32,000 bases of DNA from Acaryochloris thomasi RCC1774 (GTDB taxonomy: Bacteria > Cyanobacteriota > Cyanobacteriia > Thermosynechococcales > Thermosynechococcaceae), in contig NZ_PQWO01000011.1 of the NCBI RefSeq assembly GCF_003231495.1, positions 156,894 through 188,893 on the forward strand, read 5' to 3'. This document shows positions 17,918-26,043 of this stretch, in pieces. Both the position numbers and the translations under genes were made by a program. Numbering within the stretch: the first letter of the stretch is position 1; the number at the start of each line of letters is the position of its first letter. The notes below the pieces were generated by a model, which had not been told where the DNA came from, did no database searches, and saw nothing but the letters and a program-made list of their open reading frames with translations.

Positions 17918-18153
17918 TCATTCCGGCAGTTGAATCGAGTCCTAATCAACCGCTACGTGGGGGCTATATTTGCCGTCCTGCGAAGAGTTATAGATCAGGC
18001 GTTAGCCGTCAGTATAAGTGCTGATCGGAAATCGGGAGATGCATATAGACAGAGCTTGAAAGCTGTGGTAGAGACAACTTTGCTGCTGACGATGCTAGGC
18101 GTGGACCCTTTGAGCCAAAGATACTTCCGATCCAGCGTCCACTTTGTGACCCG

Positions 18154-18969
18154 CTACTGCTGTCGCTGCTCTTGTTCTGATTCTGAAGGAAGCTGCACGG
18201 ACATGAGCCCATCATCATTCACTGAGACTCGACCTCCCAGCGCCTCAATTTGGCTGCTAGCAAACTGCTGTGTTCGCTGATCGACGGCACTCATCAATAT
18301 GTTAGACCAAGAGCTAACTTGGGCCTGACGACTATCAGGATTTGTCGCTAAAAACTCAGCCGTCTGCCGGGAGCGTTGTGCTACTTTCCTCAGCCCAGGC
18401 TTTGACGATCGGCCGGCCCAGTTTGCCGCTTGTTCGTAAGATTGACGCGCAGCCTGAGGCTGTCCTAAAAACAACAGTTCATCCGCGGCCTTTGCCTGCC
18501 AGAGAAAGTATGCTTCTGGCTTCATCGCCTCTGGAATCTCGGCGAGTCCCTGCTCTAGCATAGCCACTGATTTCTGAGGTTGTCCGCCGTAGAGGGTCAC
18601 CATTGAAGATAGATAGCTATACATATCTAAAAACAACGGATCGCGATTGACCACCACTTCAAAGAACTCAGGCGTCACCGTATAGCCAGTTTTACTGCGG
18701 GCTTCGTCATCACCAAAATACTGCACCACATTCAGGAAGGCCCAATTGGCAATCAAGTTATCGAAACCAGATGACGGCAATTTCTGGGCCAAGGCCATGT
18801 TGGTCTTATACTGTGCTTCTTCTCGTAGCGCCTCTGCCTTGGTAATTTCTTGGTCGGCCTGCTGTTCTGCGGCCGTGACTTGAGCGGACTGTAGATGGGC
18901 AATGGTACCGGCACAGATAATTGCGATCGCAGGTGCTACAGCCTGTTTGATCAGTCCTCGGATCTGCAT
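18154..18969 (-). CDS. Hypothetical exported helical-repeat protein
   Basis: 271-aa ORF with a signal-peptide-like N-terminus (AVAPAIAIICAGTIAHLQSAQV) and a helical, TPR-like middle. No family recognised. Confidence 0.6.
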   Translation of the reverse strand: MQIRGLIKQAVAPAIAIICAGTIAHLQSAQVTAAEQQADQEITKAEALREEAQYKTNMALAQKLPSSGFDNLIANWAFLNVVQYFGDDEARSKTGYTVTPEFFEVVVNRDPLFLDMYSYLSSMVTLYGGQPQKSVAMLEQGLAEIPEAMKPEAYFLWQAKAADELLFLGQPQAARQSYEQAANWAGRSSKPGLRKVAQRSRQTAEFLATNPDSRQAQVSSWSNILMSAVDQRTQQFASSQIEALGGRVSVNDDGLMSVQLPSESEQEQRQQ

Positions 18970-19051
18970 TTTTCCTAAATCCCCAATGTCCGCAGCCTTA
19001 GTGTTCCCAAACTGGACTCAAAAATTTCAGGGTGGAGAAAATTTTCCCAGC

Positions 19052-19582
19052 TCAGCAATTCTCAGTTGCGGCAATTGGGGGCAGGCTATCCAAAAACTTT
19101 TCTCCTAAATCCTGAGGCTTGATCTGTTCGTATAGCTCAAACGGTTGATGAATCCAGGGGTTGTCTGCCAAGTGCTCGACAAAGTAATGCGGCTCGATCA
19201 CTGAGGCCGCTTTGCACCAGATCACTGCTGTGCGGACCTGATCAATGTCTGTATGCTGCTGTAGCCAGACGAGTGTTTGCTTCAGAGTCTGTCCAGAATC
19301 GACTAAATCGTCCACCAATAGAACTTTCGTTCCTAGCTTTGGGGTCGCCATCGTCAAGGTAGAAGCGATATTCAATGCTCCCCGATGCTGGTCGTGATAG
19401 GAAGATGCGGCCAGAACTGCGAGCGGGCAATCATAGATTCGAGAAAGGATATCTCCAATCCGAAGACCGCCCCGAGCTAGACAAATAATTTGGTCAAACT
19501 GCCAGCCTGACTGGTATACAGTGGCTGCCAACTGTTCAATTTTGTGGTGATACTCAGACCAAGACACATGCAAATCTGTCAT
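19052..19582 (-). CDS. Type I phosphoribosyltransferase, xanthine-guanine PRT (Gpt)-like
   Basis: Aligns by eye to E. coli Gpt: VSWSEYHHKIEQLA, ICLARGGLRIGDILSR, SSYHDQHRG, PRPP loop VLLVDDLVDSGQTL, NPWIHQPFE. Confidence 0.85.
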   Translation of the reverse strand: MTDLHVSWSEYHHKIEQLAATVYQSGWQFDQIICLARGGLRIGDILSRIYDCPLAVLAASSYHDQHRGALNIASTLTMATPKLGTKVLLVDDLVDSGQTLKQTLVWLQQHTDIDQVRTAVIWCKAASVIEPHYFVEHLADNPWIHQPFELYEQIKPQDLGEKFLDSLPPIAATENC

Positions 19583-19833
19583 TCTGATAACTCTTCAAGA
19601 AGAGACCCGTCGCTTTTCCCCTCCCTCGCCGCTCAAGTCGGGATGCAAATTCTTTGAACATCCACGACCGCTCCAGGAAGCATGAGCAAACTAAAAAGCA
19701 GCTTTGCCACTTTATCGCTGCTGGATAACAAGACACAATTGTTTTCTAGCTGGCTGATGCCATTGCGTCTAAATCATCTGTCAGGATTAGACAACAGGTA
19801 CAATTAAACACCTGTGCCGTTGGTGATTTGTGC

Positions 19834-22182
19834 ATGTCTACTGCTGCCCACTGTTCCCCAGATGAAATTGCTTCCGAGGGTCTGAAGCCGGGAGAATATG
19901 ACGAGATTGTTCAGCGACTTGGTCGCCACCCCAATCGAGCTGAGTTGGGGATGTTTGGGGTCATGTGGTCTGAACATTGCTGCTACAAAAACTCCAGACC
20001 CCTGCTGTCCCAGTTTCCCACCGCAGGAGAGCGTATCCTCGTGGGACCGGGGGAAAATGCCGGGGTTGTCGATCTCGGCGATGGGCTGCAGCTTGCTTTC
20101 AAGATTGAGTCTCACAATCACCCCTCGGCTGTGGAACCCTTTCAGGGAGCGGCCACTGGTGTTGGGGGGATCCTTCGTGATATTTTTACGATGGGGGCCA
20201 GACCGATTGCGGTCCTCAATTCTCTGCGATTTGGCAGCTTGGACGATGCTCGAACGCGCCGCCTTTTCAATGGCGTTGTTTCTGGTATTGCCCACTACGG
20301 CAACTGCGTCGGGGTGCCGACGGTGGGCGGCGAAGTCTATTTTGATCCGGCCTACAGCGGCAATCCGCTGGTGAATGCGATGGCTCTGGGCCTGATGGAG
20401 ATCCCAGAGATTATGAAGTCTGGGGCGGCTGGCGTGGGCAATCCGGTGCTCTATGTGGGTTCCACGACCGGACGAGACGGTATGGGAGGCGCTAGCTTCG
20501 CCAGTGCTGAACTCAATGCCGAGTCTGAAGTCGAAGATCGCCCTGCAGTGCAGGTGGGTGACCCGTTTTTAGAAAAGTCACTGATTGAAGCTTGTTTGGA
20601 AGCGTTCAAGACTGGCGCTGTAGTAGCCGCTCAAGACATGGGTGCGGCGGGGCTGACCTGCTCTACGGCTGAGATGGCGGCCAAGGGCGGATTGGGAATT
20701 GACCTAGATCTAGACCTGATTCCCAATCGGGAAACGGGAATGGTGCCCTACGAGTATCTGCTTTCTGAATCTCAGGAGCGAATGCTGTTTGTGGCTGAGA
20801 AAGGCCGCGAACAGGAGCTCATTGATATTTTCCATCGCTGGGGTCTGCAGGCCGTGGTGGCGGGTTCTGTGATTCCTGAGTCCTTGGTCAAGATTCGCTT
20901 TCAAGGCGAGGTGGCGGCGGAGATTCCGGCCACGGCGCTGTCGGATAACACGCCCATTTATCATCGAGAGCTACCGCCCGAGCCGCCTGAGTACGCGCAG
21001 AAGGCTTGGGAATGGAGTTGCGATCGCATCCCTCCCTGCACAATCCAAGGCATCGAAATCCAAGGCAAGGCCAAAAACTGGACCCAAATTCTTTTAGACC
21101 TCCTGGCTACCCCCACCATCGCCTCCAAGCGCTGGGTTTACCGCCAGTACGATCACCAAGTCCAGAACAACACCGTCACCCTTCCTGGAGACGCCGACGC
21201 TGCCGTGATCCGTCTTCGCCCCCTTGAAGGAGTCGCGCCTAGGGGCAACTCAGCGGTCGCAGCCACCGTTGACTGTAACGCCCGCTACGTCTACCTCGAT
21301 CCCTATGAAGGGGCCAAGGCAACCGTGGCTGAAGCCGCCCGTAATCTAAGCTGCGTCGGTGCTGAACCGATCGCCGTCACCGACAATCTCAACTTTGGCA
21401 GTCCTGAAAAGCCGATTGGCTACTGGCAACTGGCTGAAGCCTGTCGCGGTCTCTCAGAGGGCTGCACAGCCTTTAGCACCCCCGTGACCGGCGGCAATGT
21501 CTCGCTCTATAACGAAACCCTCAATGCTGCGGGAGAACCCCAGCCCATTTATCCCACCCCGGTTGTGGGAATGGTGGGGCTGATCTCAAATCTTGAGCAG
21601 ACCTGTGGGCAGGGCTGGCAAGACGAAGGCGATCTGATTTACTTGTTAGGCGCTCTGCTCACGCCGCAGCCTGTCGAGCAAGGAGCGGTGACTTTAGGTG
21701 GTTCTGAGTATTTGGCTGCCATTCATCAGCAGGTAGCAGGCCGTCCGCCCAGGGTTGATTTTGAACTGGAGCGTCAGGTGCAGGTAGCCTGCCGCCACGG
21801 TATCCAGAAAGGCTGGATTCAATCAGCTCATGATTCTGCTGAAGGCGGGGTGGTTGTTGCCTTGGCCGAGTCCTGCATTAGCGGCCAGCGAGGTGCAGAG
21901 CTTGAGCTGGCCTCCTCCAAGGGTGAGCTGCGGTGGGATGAGCTGTTGTTTGGAGAAGGGGGCGCTAGAATTTTAGTGTCGTTGCGATCGCAACATCAAC
22001 AAGCTTGGGAATCCTACTTACAAACGCAGGCGCTACCCTGGGAATACCTCGGTCACGTTAGCGGTCAAAATAGCCTCGATCTCCGTGCAAATGGGCATAT
22101 GATTCTTTCTGCCTCTCTCGCGAATATGACTGACCGTTGGAGTCATGCCATTGAAAATAAGCTCAATCCAGAGGACAGCTAA
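19834..22182 (+). CDS. purL: Phosphoribosylformylglycinamidine synthase subunit PurL
   Basis: About 782 aa. [33 protein letters not shown] and the duplicated AIR-synthase-like fold are canonical for small PurL. ATG at 19834 (the TTG at 19828 is in the ORF track). Confidence 0.95.
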   Translation: MSTAAHCSPDEIASEGLKPGEYDEIVQRLGRHPNRAELGMFGVMWSEHCCYKNSRPLLSQFPTAGERILVGPGENAGVVDLGDGLQLAFKIESHNHPSAVEPFQGAATGVGGILRDIFTMGARPIAVLNSLRFGSLDDARTRRLFNGVVSGIAHYGNCVGVPTVGGEVYFDPAYSGNPLVNAMALGLMEIPEIMKSGAAGVGNPVLYVGSTTGRDGMGGASFASAELNAESEVEDRPAVQVGDPFLEKSLIEACLEAFKTGAVVAAQDMGAAGLTCSTAEMAAKGGLGIDLDLDLIPNRETGMVPYEYLLSESQERMLFVAEKGREQELIDIFHRWGLQAVVAGSVIPESLVKIRFQGEVAAEIPATALSDNTPIYHRELPPEPPEYAQKAWEWSCDRIPPCTIQGIEIQGKAKNWTQILLDLLATPTIASKRWVYRQYDHQVQNNTVTLPGDADAAVIRLRPLEGVAPRGNSAVAATVDCNARYVYLDPYEGAKATVAEAARNLSCVGAEPIAVTDNLNFGSPEKPIGYWQLAEACRGLSEGCTAFSTPVTGGNVSLYNETLNAAGEPQPIYPTPVVGMVGLISNLEQTCGQGWQDEGDLIYLLGALLTPQPVEQGAVTLGGSEYLAAIHQQVAGRPPRVDFELERQVQVACRHGIQKGWIQSAHDSAEGGVVVALAESCISGQRGAELELASSKGELRWDELLFGEGGARILVSLRSQHQQAWESYLQTQALPWEYLGHVSGQNSLDLRANGHMILSASLANMTDRWSHAIENKLNPEDS

Positions 22183-22250
22183 TCCAAATTTGGATCGGCG
22201 ATCCCCCTAGAAGTTTGTTATTGTCTTAAATATTCCTTAATATTTCCTCC

Positions 22251-23789
22251 ATGTATTCAGGTGACGCGGTGTCAATATCTAGCATGACTGCTCAAGAGCC
22301 CACTGGCCCAGTTCTCGACATTGACCGCCTTCCTCCCCCTGACCTGCTAGCGGAGGATAAGCCAGAAGAAGCCTGTGGGGTCTTTGGCGTTTATACCGTT
22401 AGGCATGAAGCCGCCAAGCTCGCCTACTTTGGTCTATTTGCACTCCAGCATCGAGGGCAAGAGTCCGCCGGGATTGCCACGTTTCAGGGCGATAAGGTTC
22501 ACGTTCACAAAGATATGGGTTTGGTGACCCAGGTTTTTGATGAGCAAATTTTGGAGCAGCTTCCGGGCAGCATTGCGGTGGGCCACACGCGCTACTCAAC
22601 AACGGGATCAAGTCGGGTGGTCAATGCCCAGCCCGTCATCGTTGAGACCCGTTTGGGAACGCTAGCCCTGGCGCACAACGGCAATCTCGTCAATACTGCT
22701 ATTTTGCGAGAGCAGGTCTTGGCGCACAACTGGTCCTTGGAGACCACCACTGACTCTGAGGTCATTGCCTACGCCATTGCTCAGGAAATCTCGACGGGTA
22801 AGGATTGGCTGGACAGTGCGATCGCAGCCTGTCAGACCTGTGAGGGAGCCTTTAGCCTCGTCATCGGTACCCCTGAAGGTGTTATGGGCGTTCGTGATCC
22901 CCACGGTATTCGACCGCTGGTGCTGGGAATTCTAACCTCTGCCGATAGCCCTGGGAATCCTCAGTACGTCTTGGCCTCTGAAACCTGTGGCCTCGACATC
23001 ATTGGGGCCGAATATCTACGGGATGTCGAACCCGGTGAACTGGTGTGGATTACAAAAGAGGGACTCGCCTCTTTTCACTGGAGCCAGCGCCCTGAGCCAA
23101 AGCTCTGCGTCTTCGAAATGATTTACTTCGCTCGACCTGACAGCCAGATGCATGGTGAAAGCCTCTATAGCTACCGCTTACGCCTCGGCGAATATTTAGC
23201 AAAAGAATCTCCTGTTGAGGCCGACATTGTTATTGCGGTTCCAGACTCTGGAATTCCTGCCGCCATCGGTTTTTCACAGCTCAGCGGCATTCCCTACGCC
23301 GAAGGTCTGATCAAGAATCGATACGTTGGTCGTACCTTTATTCAACCGACCCAGGCCATGCGAGAGCTGGGCATCAAAATGAAGCTCAACCCGCTTCGAG
23401 ATGTGTTAGAGGGTAAGCGGGTCGTGATTGTAGACGACTCCATTGTCCGAGGCACCACCAGTCACAAGATTGTCAAAGCACTGCGAGATGCGGGGGCGGC
23501 TGAAGTGCATATGCGCGTCTCCTCTCCCCCTGTGACCCATCCCTGTTTTTACGGCATTGACACCGACAACCAAGACCAGCTGATTGCGGCCACCAAGTCG
23601 GTGCAGGAAATTGCGGACAAAATTGGCGTTGATTCACTTGCCTTCCTGCGGCATGACAGCATGCTAGAGGCTGCTCAGGATAGCGACAGTCATTTTTGCT
23701 CGGCCTGCTTTTCTGGCAACTATCCGATTACGATCCCCGAATCTCTCAGAGCCTCGAAGCTGATGCTAGAAGAAGCGGTTTCGTCCTAA
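22251..23789 (+). CDS. purF: Amidophosphoribosyltransferase PurF
   Basis: 512 aa. Propeptide then catalytic CGVFGV. PRPP loop VVIVDDSIVRGTT. C-terminal Fe-S Cys residues (CFYGID, CSACFSGNYP). Start could also be the ATG at 22284. Confidence 0.95.
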   Translation: MYSGDAVSISSMTAQEPTGPVLDIDRLPPPDLLAEDKPEEACGVFGVYTVRHEAAKLAYFGLFALQHRGQESAGIATFQGDKVHVHKDMGLVTQVFDEQILEQLPGSIAVGHTRYSTTGSSRVVNAQPVIVETRLGTLALAHNGNLVNTAILREQVLAHNWSLETTTDSEVIAYAIAQEISTGKDWLDSAIAACQTCEGAFSLVIGTPEGVMGVRDPHGIRPLVLGILTSADSPGNPQYVLASETCGLDIIGAEYLRDVEPGELVWITKEGLASFHWSQRPEPKLCVFEMIYFARPDSQMHGESLYSYRLRLGEYLAKESPVEADIVIAVPDSGIPAAIGFSQLSGIPYAEGLIKNRYVGRTFIQPTQAMRELGIKMKLNPLRDVLEGKRVVIVDDSIVRGTTSHKIVKALRDAGAAEVHMRVSSPPVTHPCFYGIDTDNQDQLIAATKSVQEIADKIGVDSLAFLRHDSMLEAAQDSDSHFCSACFSGNYPITIPESLRASKLMLEEAVSS

Positions 23790-23805
23790 ACATTCTCAAG
23801 CACCC

Positions 23806-24792
23806 ATGGATATCCAGCGATGGTTAGCGCGGCAAGAACCTCAGTGGCAGCGGCTGGAGTCTCTGCTGCGGCAGGCTGAGTCTAAAAGCCTAAAGCGAAT
23901 GTCAGCTTCTGAGGTGCAGGAGCTGAGCGGTCTCTATCGCCTAGTGGCGTCTGATCTGGCACGGGCAAAGGCGCGTCAGGTGGGTCCGGCCATCACGGAA
24001 AAGCTCCAGGGGCTGACGATGCGGGGCTATGCTCAGATTTATCAGGGGGGACGGCGGCAGGAGTGGCAGCAGGTTGTTGACTTTTTTCTGTGGGGCTTCC
24101 CGAGGGCGGTGCAGGATACATGGAAGCAGATCGCCGCTGCGACGCTTATCTTCATCGTTGGCGGCTTGATCGGTTGGTGGTACGCTTGGCGCGATCCAGC
24201 CTTTATCTCCACGATGGTTTCTCAGGACATGATTGATCTAGTGCAGGATGAAGGTGAGCTATGGACGGGATCTATGGTGGGAGCAGAGCCGATCGCCTCT
24301 AGCTTTCTAATGCGGAATAATATTGGCGTCACTTTCAAAGCCTTTGCTGGTGGTATGTTGGCGGGGTTTGGGACGAGCTACATTATGTGGGTCAACGGGT
24401 TGCTGATTGGTGTCGTTGCAACTTTGGTGGGTCAGAATGATCTTGCTTACCCCTTTTGGGCCTTCGTCTTGCCCCACGGCTCACTAGAGCTACCGGCTAT
24501 TTTTTTGGCGGGGGGCGCAGGTTTATGTCTTGCACAGGGCCTGATTTTCCCGGGACAGTATAAGCGCCTTGATGCCCTGAGAATAGGGGGCGGAAAGGCC
24601 ATTCAACTTATGTTTGGTGTTGTTCCTATGCTGGTGATTGCGGGCATCATTGAGGGCTTTTTCTCTCCCGCGCCAGGGGTTCCTGATGCCGCGAAGTATC
24701 TAGTGGGTCTATCGCTATTCTGGGCACTGATCCTCTATTTACGTCGTCGGCCAAGGGACGTGATCCCAGCATCTATTATTCCTCAAGAATAG
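23806..24792 (+). CDS. SpoIIM-like (DUF95) integral membrane protein
   Basis: 328 aa. Cytoplasmic helical N-domain (WQRLESLL...LYRLVASDLARA) followed by multiple TM helices and the PHGSLELPAIFLAGGAGL motif typical of the family. Confidence 0.8.
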   Translation: MDIQRWLARQEPQWQRLESLLRQAESKSLKRMSASEVQELSGLYRLVASDLARAKARQVGPAITEKLQGLTMRGYAQIYQGGRRQEWQQVVDFFLWGFPRAVQDTWKQIAAATLIFIVGGLIGWWYAWRDPAFISTMVSQDMIDLVQDEGELWTGSMVGAEPIASSFLMRNNIGVTFKAFAGGMLAGFGTSYIMWVNGLLIGVVATLVGQNDLAYPFWAFVLPHGSLELPAIFLAGGAGLCLAQGLIFPGQYKRLDALRIGGGKAIQLMFGVVPMLVIAGIIEGFFSPAPGVPDAAKYLVGLSLFWALILYLRRRPRDVIPASIIPQE

Positions 24793-24800
24793 GTCCGGAT

Positions 24801-24815
24801 GCAGGCAAAGCCTGT
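24801..24815 (+). terminator. Short hairpin GCAGGC-AAA-GCCTGT after the SpoIIM-like gene, followed by a U-containing tract
   Basis: 5 bp plus a G-U closing pair, read directly, 9 nt after the stop. A near-identical motif recurs at 25712-25725. Confidence 0.3.
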
Positions 24816-24828
24816 GCTAGTTTCTGGC

Positions 24829-24872
24829 TTGACATCAATTGCTGGATGATGGCTATACTACAATCGTAGTAT
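24829..24872 (+). promoter_or_regulatory. Candidate sigma70-type promoter (TTGACA, 19 nt, TATACT) overlapped by the palindrome ATACTAC-AATC-GTAGTAT
   Basis: TTGACA at 24829-24834. TATACT at 24854-24859 (long 19-nt spacer). Perfect 7-bp inverted repeat at 24855-24861 / 24866-24872. Confidence 0.35.
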
Positions 24873-24908
24873 GGAGCAGTAGCCGTATTGATCAGAGCTT
24901 CAAGGCGG

Positions 24909-24942
24909 CTGAACGTGACGCGACTCTGAACGCGGTGCGACT
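24909..24942 (+). repeat. Tandem 17-nt direct repeat CTGAACGYGRYGCGACT x2 in the leader of the RHH gene
   Basis: ctgaacgtgacgcgact (24909-24925) and ctgaacgcggtgcgact (24926-24942) match at 14 of 17 positions and are directly abutting. Confidence 0.8.
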
Positions 24943-24967
24943 AAGGAAAGGCTGTTCTTATCCATGC

Positions 24968-24984
24968 GAGCACCGCTGGTGCTC
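24968..24984 (+). promoter_or_regulatory. GC-rich hairpin GAGCACC-GCT-GGTGCTC, 9 nt upstream of the AGGAGG Shine-Dalgarno; attenuator or terminator-like
   Basis: Perfect 7-bp stem with a 3-nt loop, followed by CUGUUCCUUU and then AGGAGG (24995-25000). Confidence 0.35.
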
Positions 24985-25007
24985 CTGTTCCTTTAGGAGG
25001 TATTGTT

Positions 25008-25343
25008 TTGCCCACGAGTCACCACACTTCTACAACGGATATGCAGGTTACGAGCATCCGTCTGGAGCGAGAGCTAAAGGAGCGTCTCAAAACACTGGCG
25101 GGCAATCAAGGATATCAAACCCTAATCCGTGATGTTCTCTGGACCTATGTACAGCAAAAATCAGGGGACGATCGGCTTTCACCCACTCAGATTAGCGCCA
25201 GTGTCCCGGCCATCGCTCACCAGCAGCAGCACTGTGCCGTGACCGGTCAGGTTATTCAGCCCCAAGAGGCAATGCAGCTTGGGTTCACGACCGAGGGGAT
25301 GGTGGTGCCGTTAAGTTCTGATGAATGGCAGGATAAAGCTTAG
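25008..25343 (+). CDS. Ribbon-helix-helix (CopG/MetJ-like) DNA-binding protein with an uncharacterised C-terminal extension
   Basis: MQVTSIRLERELKERLKTLAGNQGYQTLIRDVLWTYV fits a beta-strand then helix-helix RHH pattern. TTG at 25008 has a perfect AGGAGG 7 nt upstream. ATG at 25041 is the alternative start but has no SD. Confidence 0.6.
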   Translation: MPTSHHTSTTDMQVTSIRLERELKERLKTLAGNQGYQTLIRDVLWTYVQQKSGDDRLSPTQISASVPAIAHQQQHCAVTGQVIQPQEAMQLGFTTEGMVVPLSSDEWQDKA

Positions 25344-25391
25344 GGCTGCATCCTCTGGTAAGGTTTGATTCATCCTCTACGGCAAGCAATC

Positions 25392-25700
25392 ATGACTCCT
25401 GGAACCCTAGCTGCATTACTCTACGGCTTGCTCAACATTGCCGGTGGCGTGATGGGCTATGTGAAGAGCAAGAGCAAGATTTCTCTGATCATGGGCTGCT
25501 TTTTTGGCATGCTGCTGGTGGTAGGTGCGATCGCAACCTTGAAAGGCAGCGCGATTGGATTATCGATGGCAACGGTGATTACTGGCATATTGGTCGTTGT
25601 GTTCGGCATTCGATGGGTCAAGACCCAGAAGGTTATGCCGTCAGGCCTGATGGTGATTTTGGGCGCTGTCTCACTATTGATTATGGTGTTGGTAAAGTAG
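25392..25700 (+). CDS. TMEM14 family small membrane protein
   Basis: About 102 aa, 4 hydrophobic helices. GGVMGYVKSKSKISL motif typical of Tmemb_14. ATG 25392 is preferred over the TTG at 25365. Confidence 0.75.
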   Translation: MTPGTLAALLYGLLNIAGGVMGYVKSKSKISLIMGCFFGMLLVVGAIATLKGSAIGLSMATVITGILVVVFGIRWVKTQKVMPSGLMVILGAVSLLIMVLVK

Positions 25701-25711
25701 GCCATCCCAAC

Positions 25712-25725
25712 GCAGGAAAGCCTGT
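25712..25725 (+). terminator. Short hairpin GCAGG-AAAG-CCTGT followed by TTTAAATAT after the TMEM14 gene
   Basis: 4 bp plus a G-U pair, read directly, 12 nt after the stop. Near-identical to the motif at 24801-24815. Confidence 0.3.
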
Positions 25726-26043
25726 TTAAATATCCACCTCGCTAGATCTAGTAAATCAATCTATTGAGCAAGGACAAAACTTTGTTCAATACACTGATTT
25801 TATTTACTTCCAAAAATAAATAAAAAATCAAGCTAAGTGATACCGAGATATATACGTTAACCCGAGTTTGCATACATAAATCAAACAGAGCGTTGGGCAT
25901 CATAGAAGTAATTGAAGCTCACGTTTAGCTTGGCACGATATTTTTCGCGTCCTTGAATTGGGAGATACATCTATATCTCTCTTGACTCATGAAAGCTTCA
26001 GGCTATCAGTGTTTGTTACTTAACGAAGGTTTAATGGGTTTCT

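Noticed and set aside
17930-18280. 116-aa plus-strand ORF between the CPBP gene and the 271-aa gene
   Set aside because: It has a TTG-type start and no SD. The second half is antisense to the C-terminus of the 271-aa ORF and has an unusual Cys/Ser/Arg-rich composition. More likely this is an intergenic promoter and terminator region.
19795-19808. NtcA-like site GTA-N8-CAC upstream of purL
   Set aside because: The half-site is imperfect (CAC rather than TAC), and the purL start codon lies about 25 nt downstream. That leaves no room for a -10 box and leader at the canonical spacing.
19804-20374. 163-aa antisense and 158-aa alternative-frame ORFs at the start of purL
   Set aside because: They lie entirely within canonical purL coding sequence and their translations are low-complexity, with no motifs.
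24839-25132. 97-aa ORF covering the RHH leader
   Set aside because: It is out of frame with the RHH gene, which has a perfect SD. It has a Cys/Ser/Arg-rich composition, and the region is better explained by the promoter, repeat and hairpin elements.
24801-25725. GCAAAGCC-containing hairpins near a GGDEF gene as a possible c-di-GMP-I (GEMM) riboswitch
   Set aside because: Only the short GCAAAGCC-like string resembles the GEMM core. The flanks lack the two-hairpin architecture, the tetraloop and receptor, and the necessary length. One copy is more than 300 nt from the GGDEF start and the other precedes an unrelated gene.
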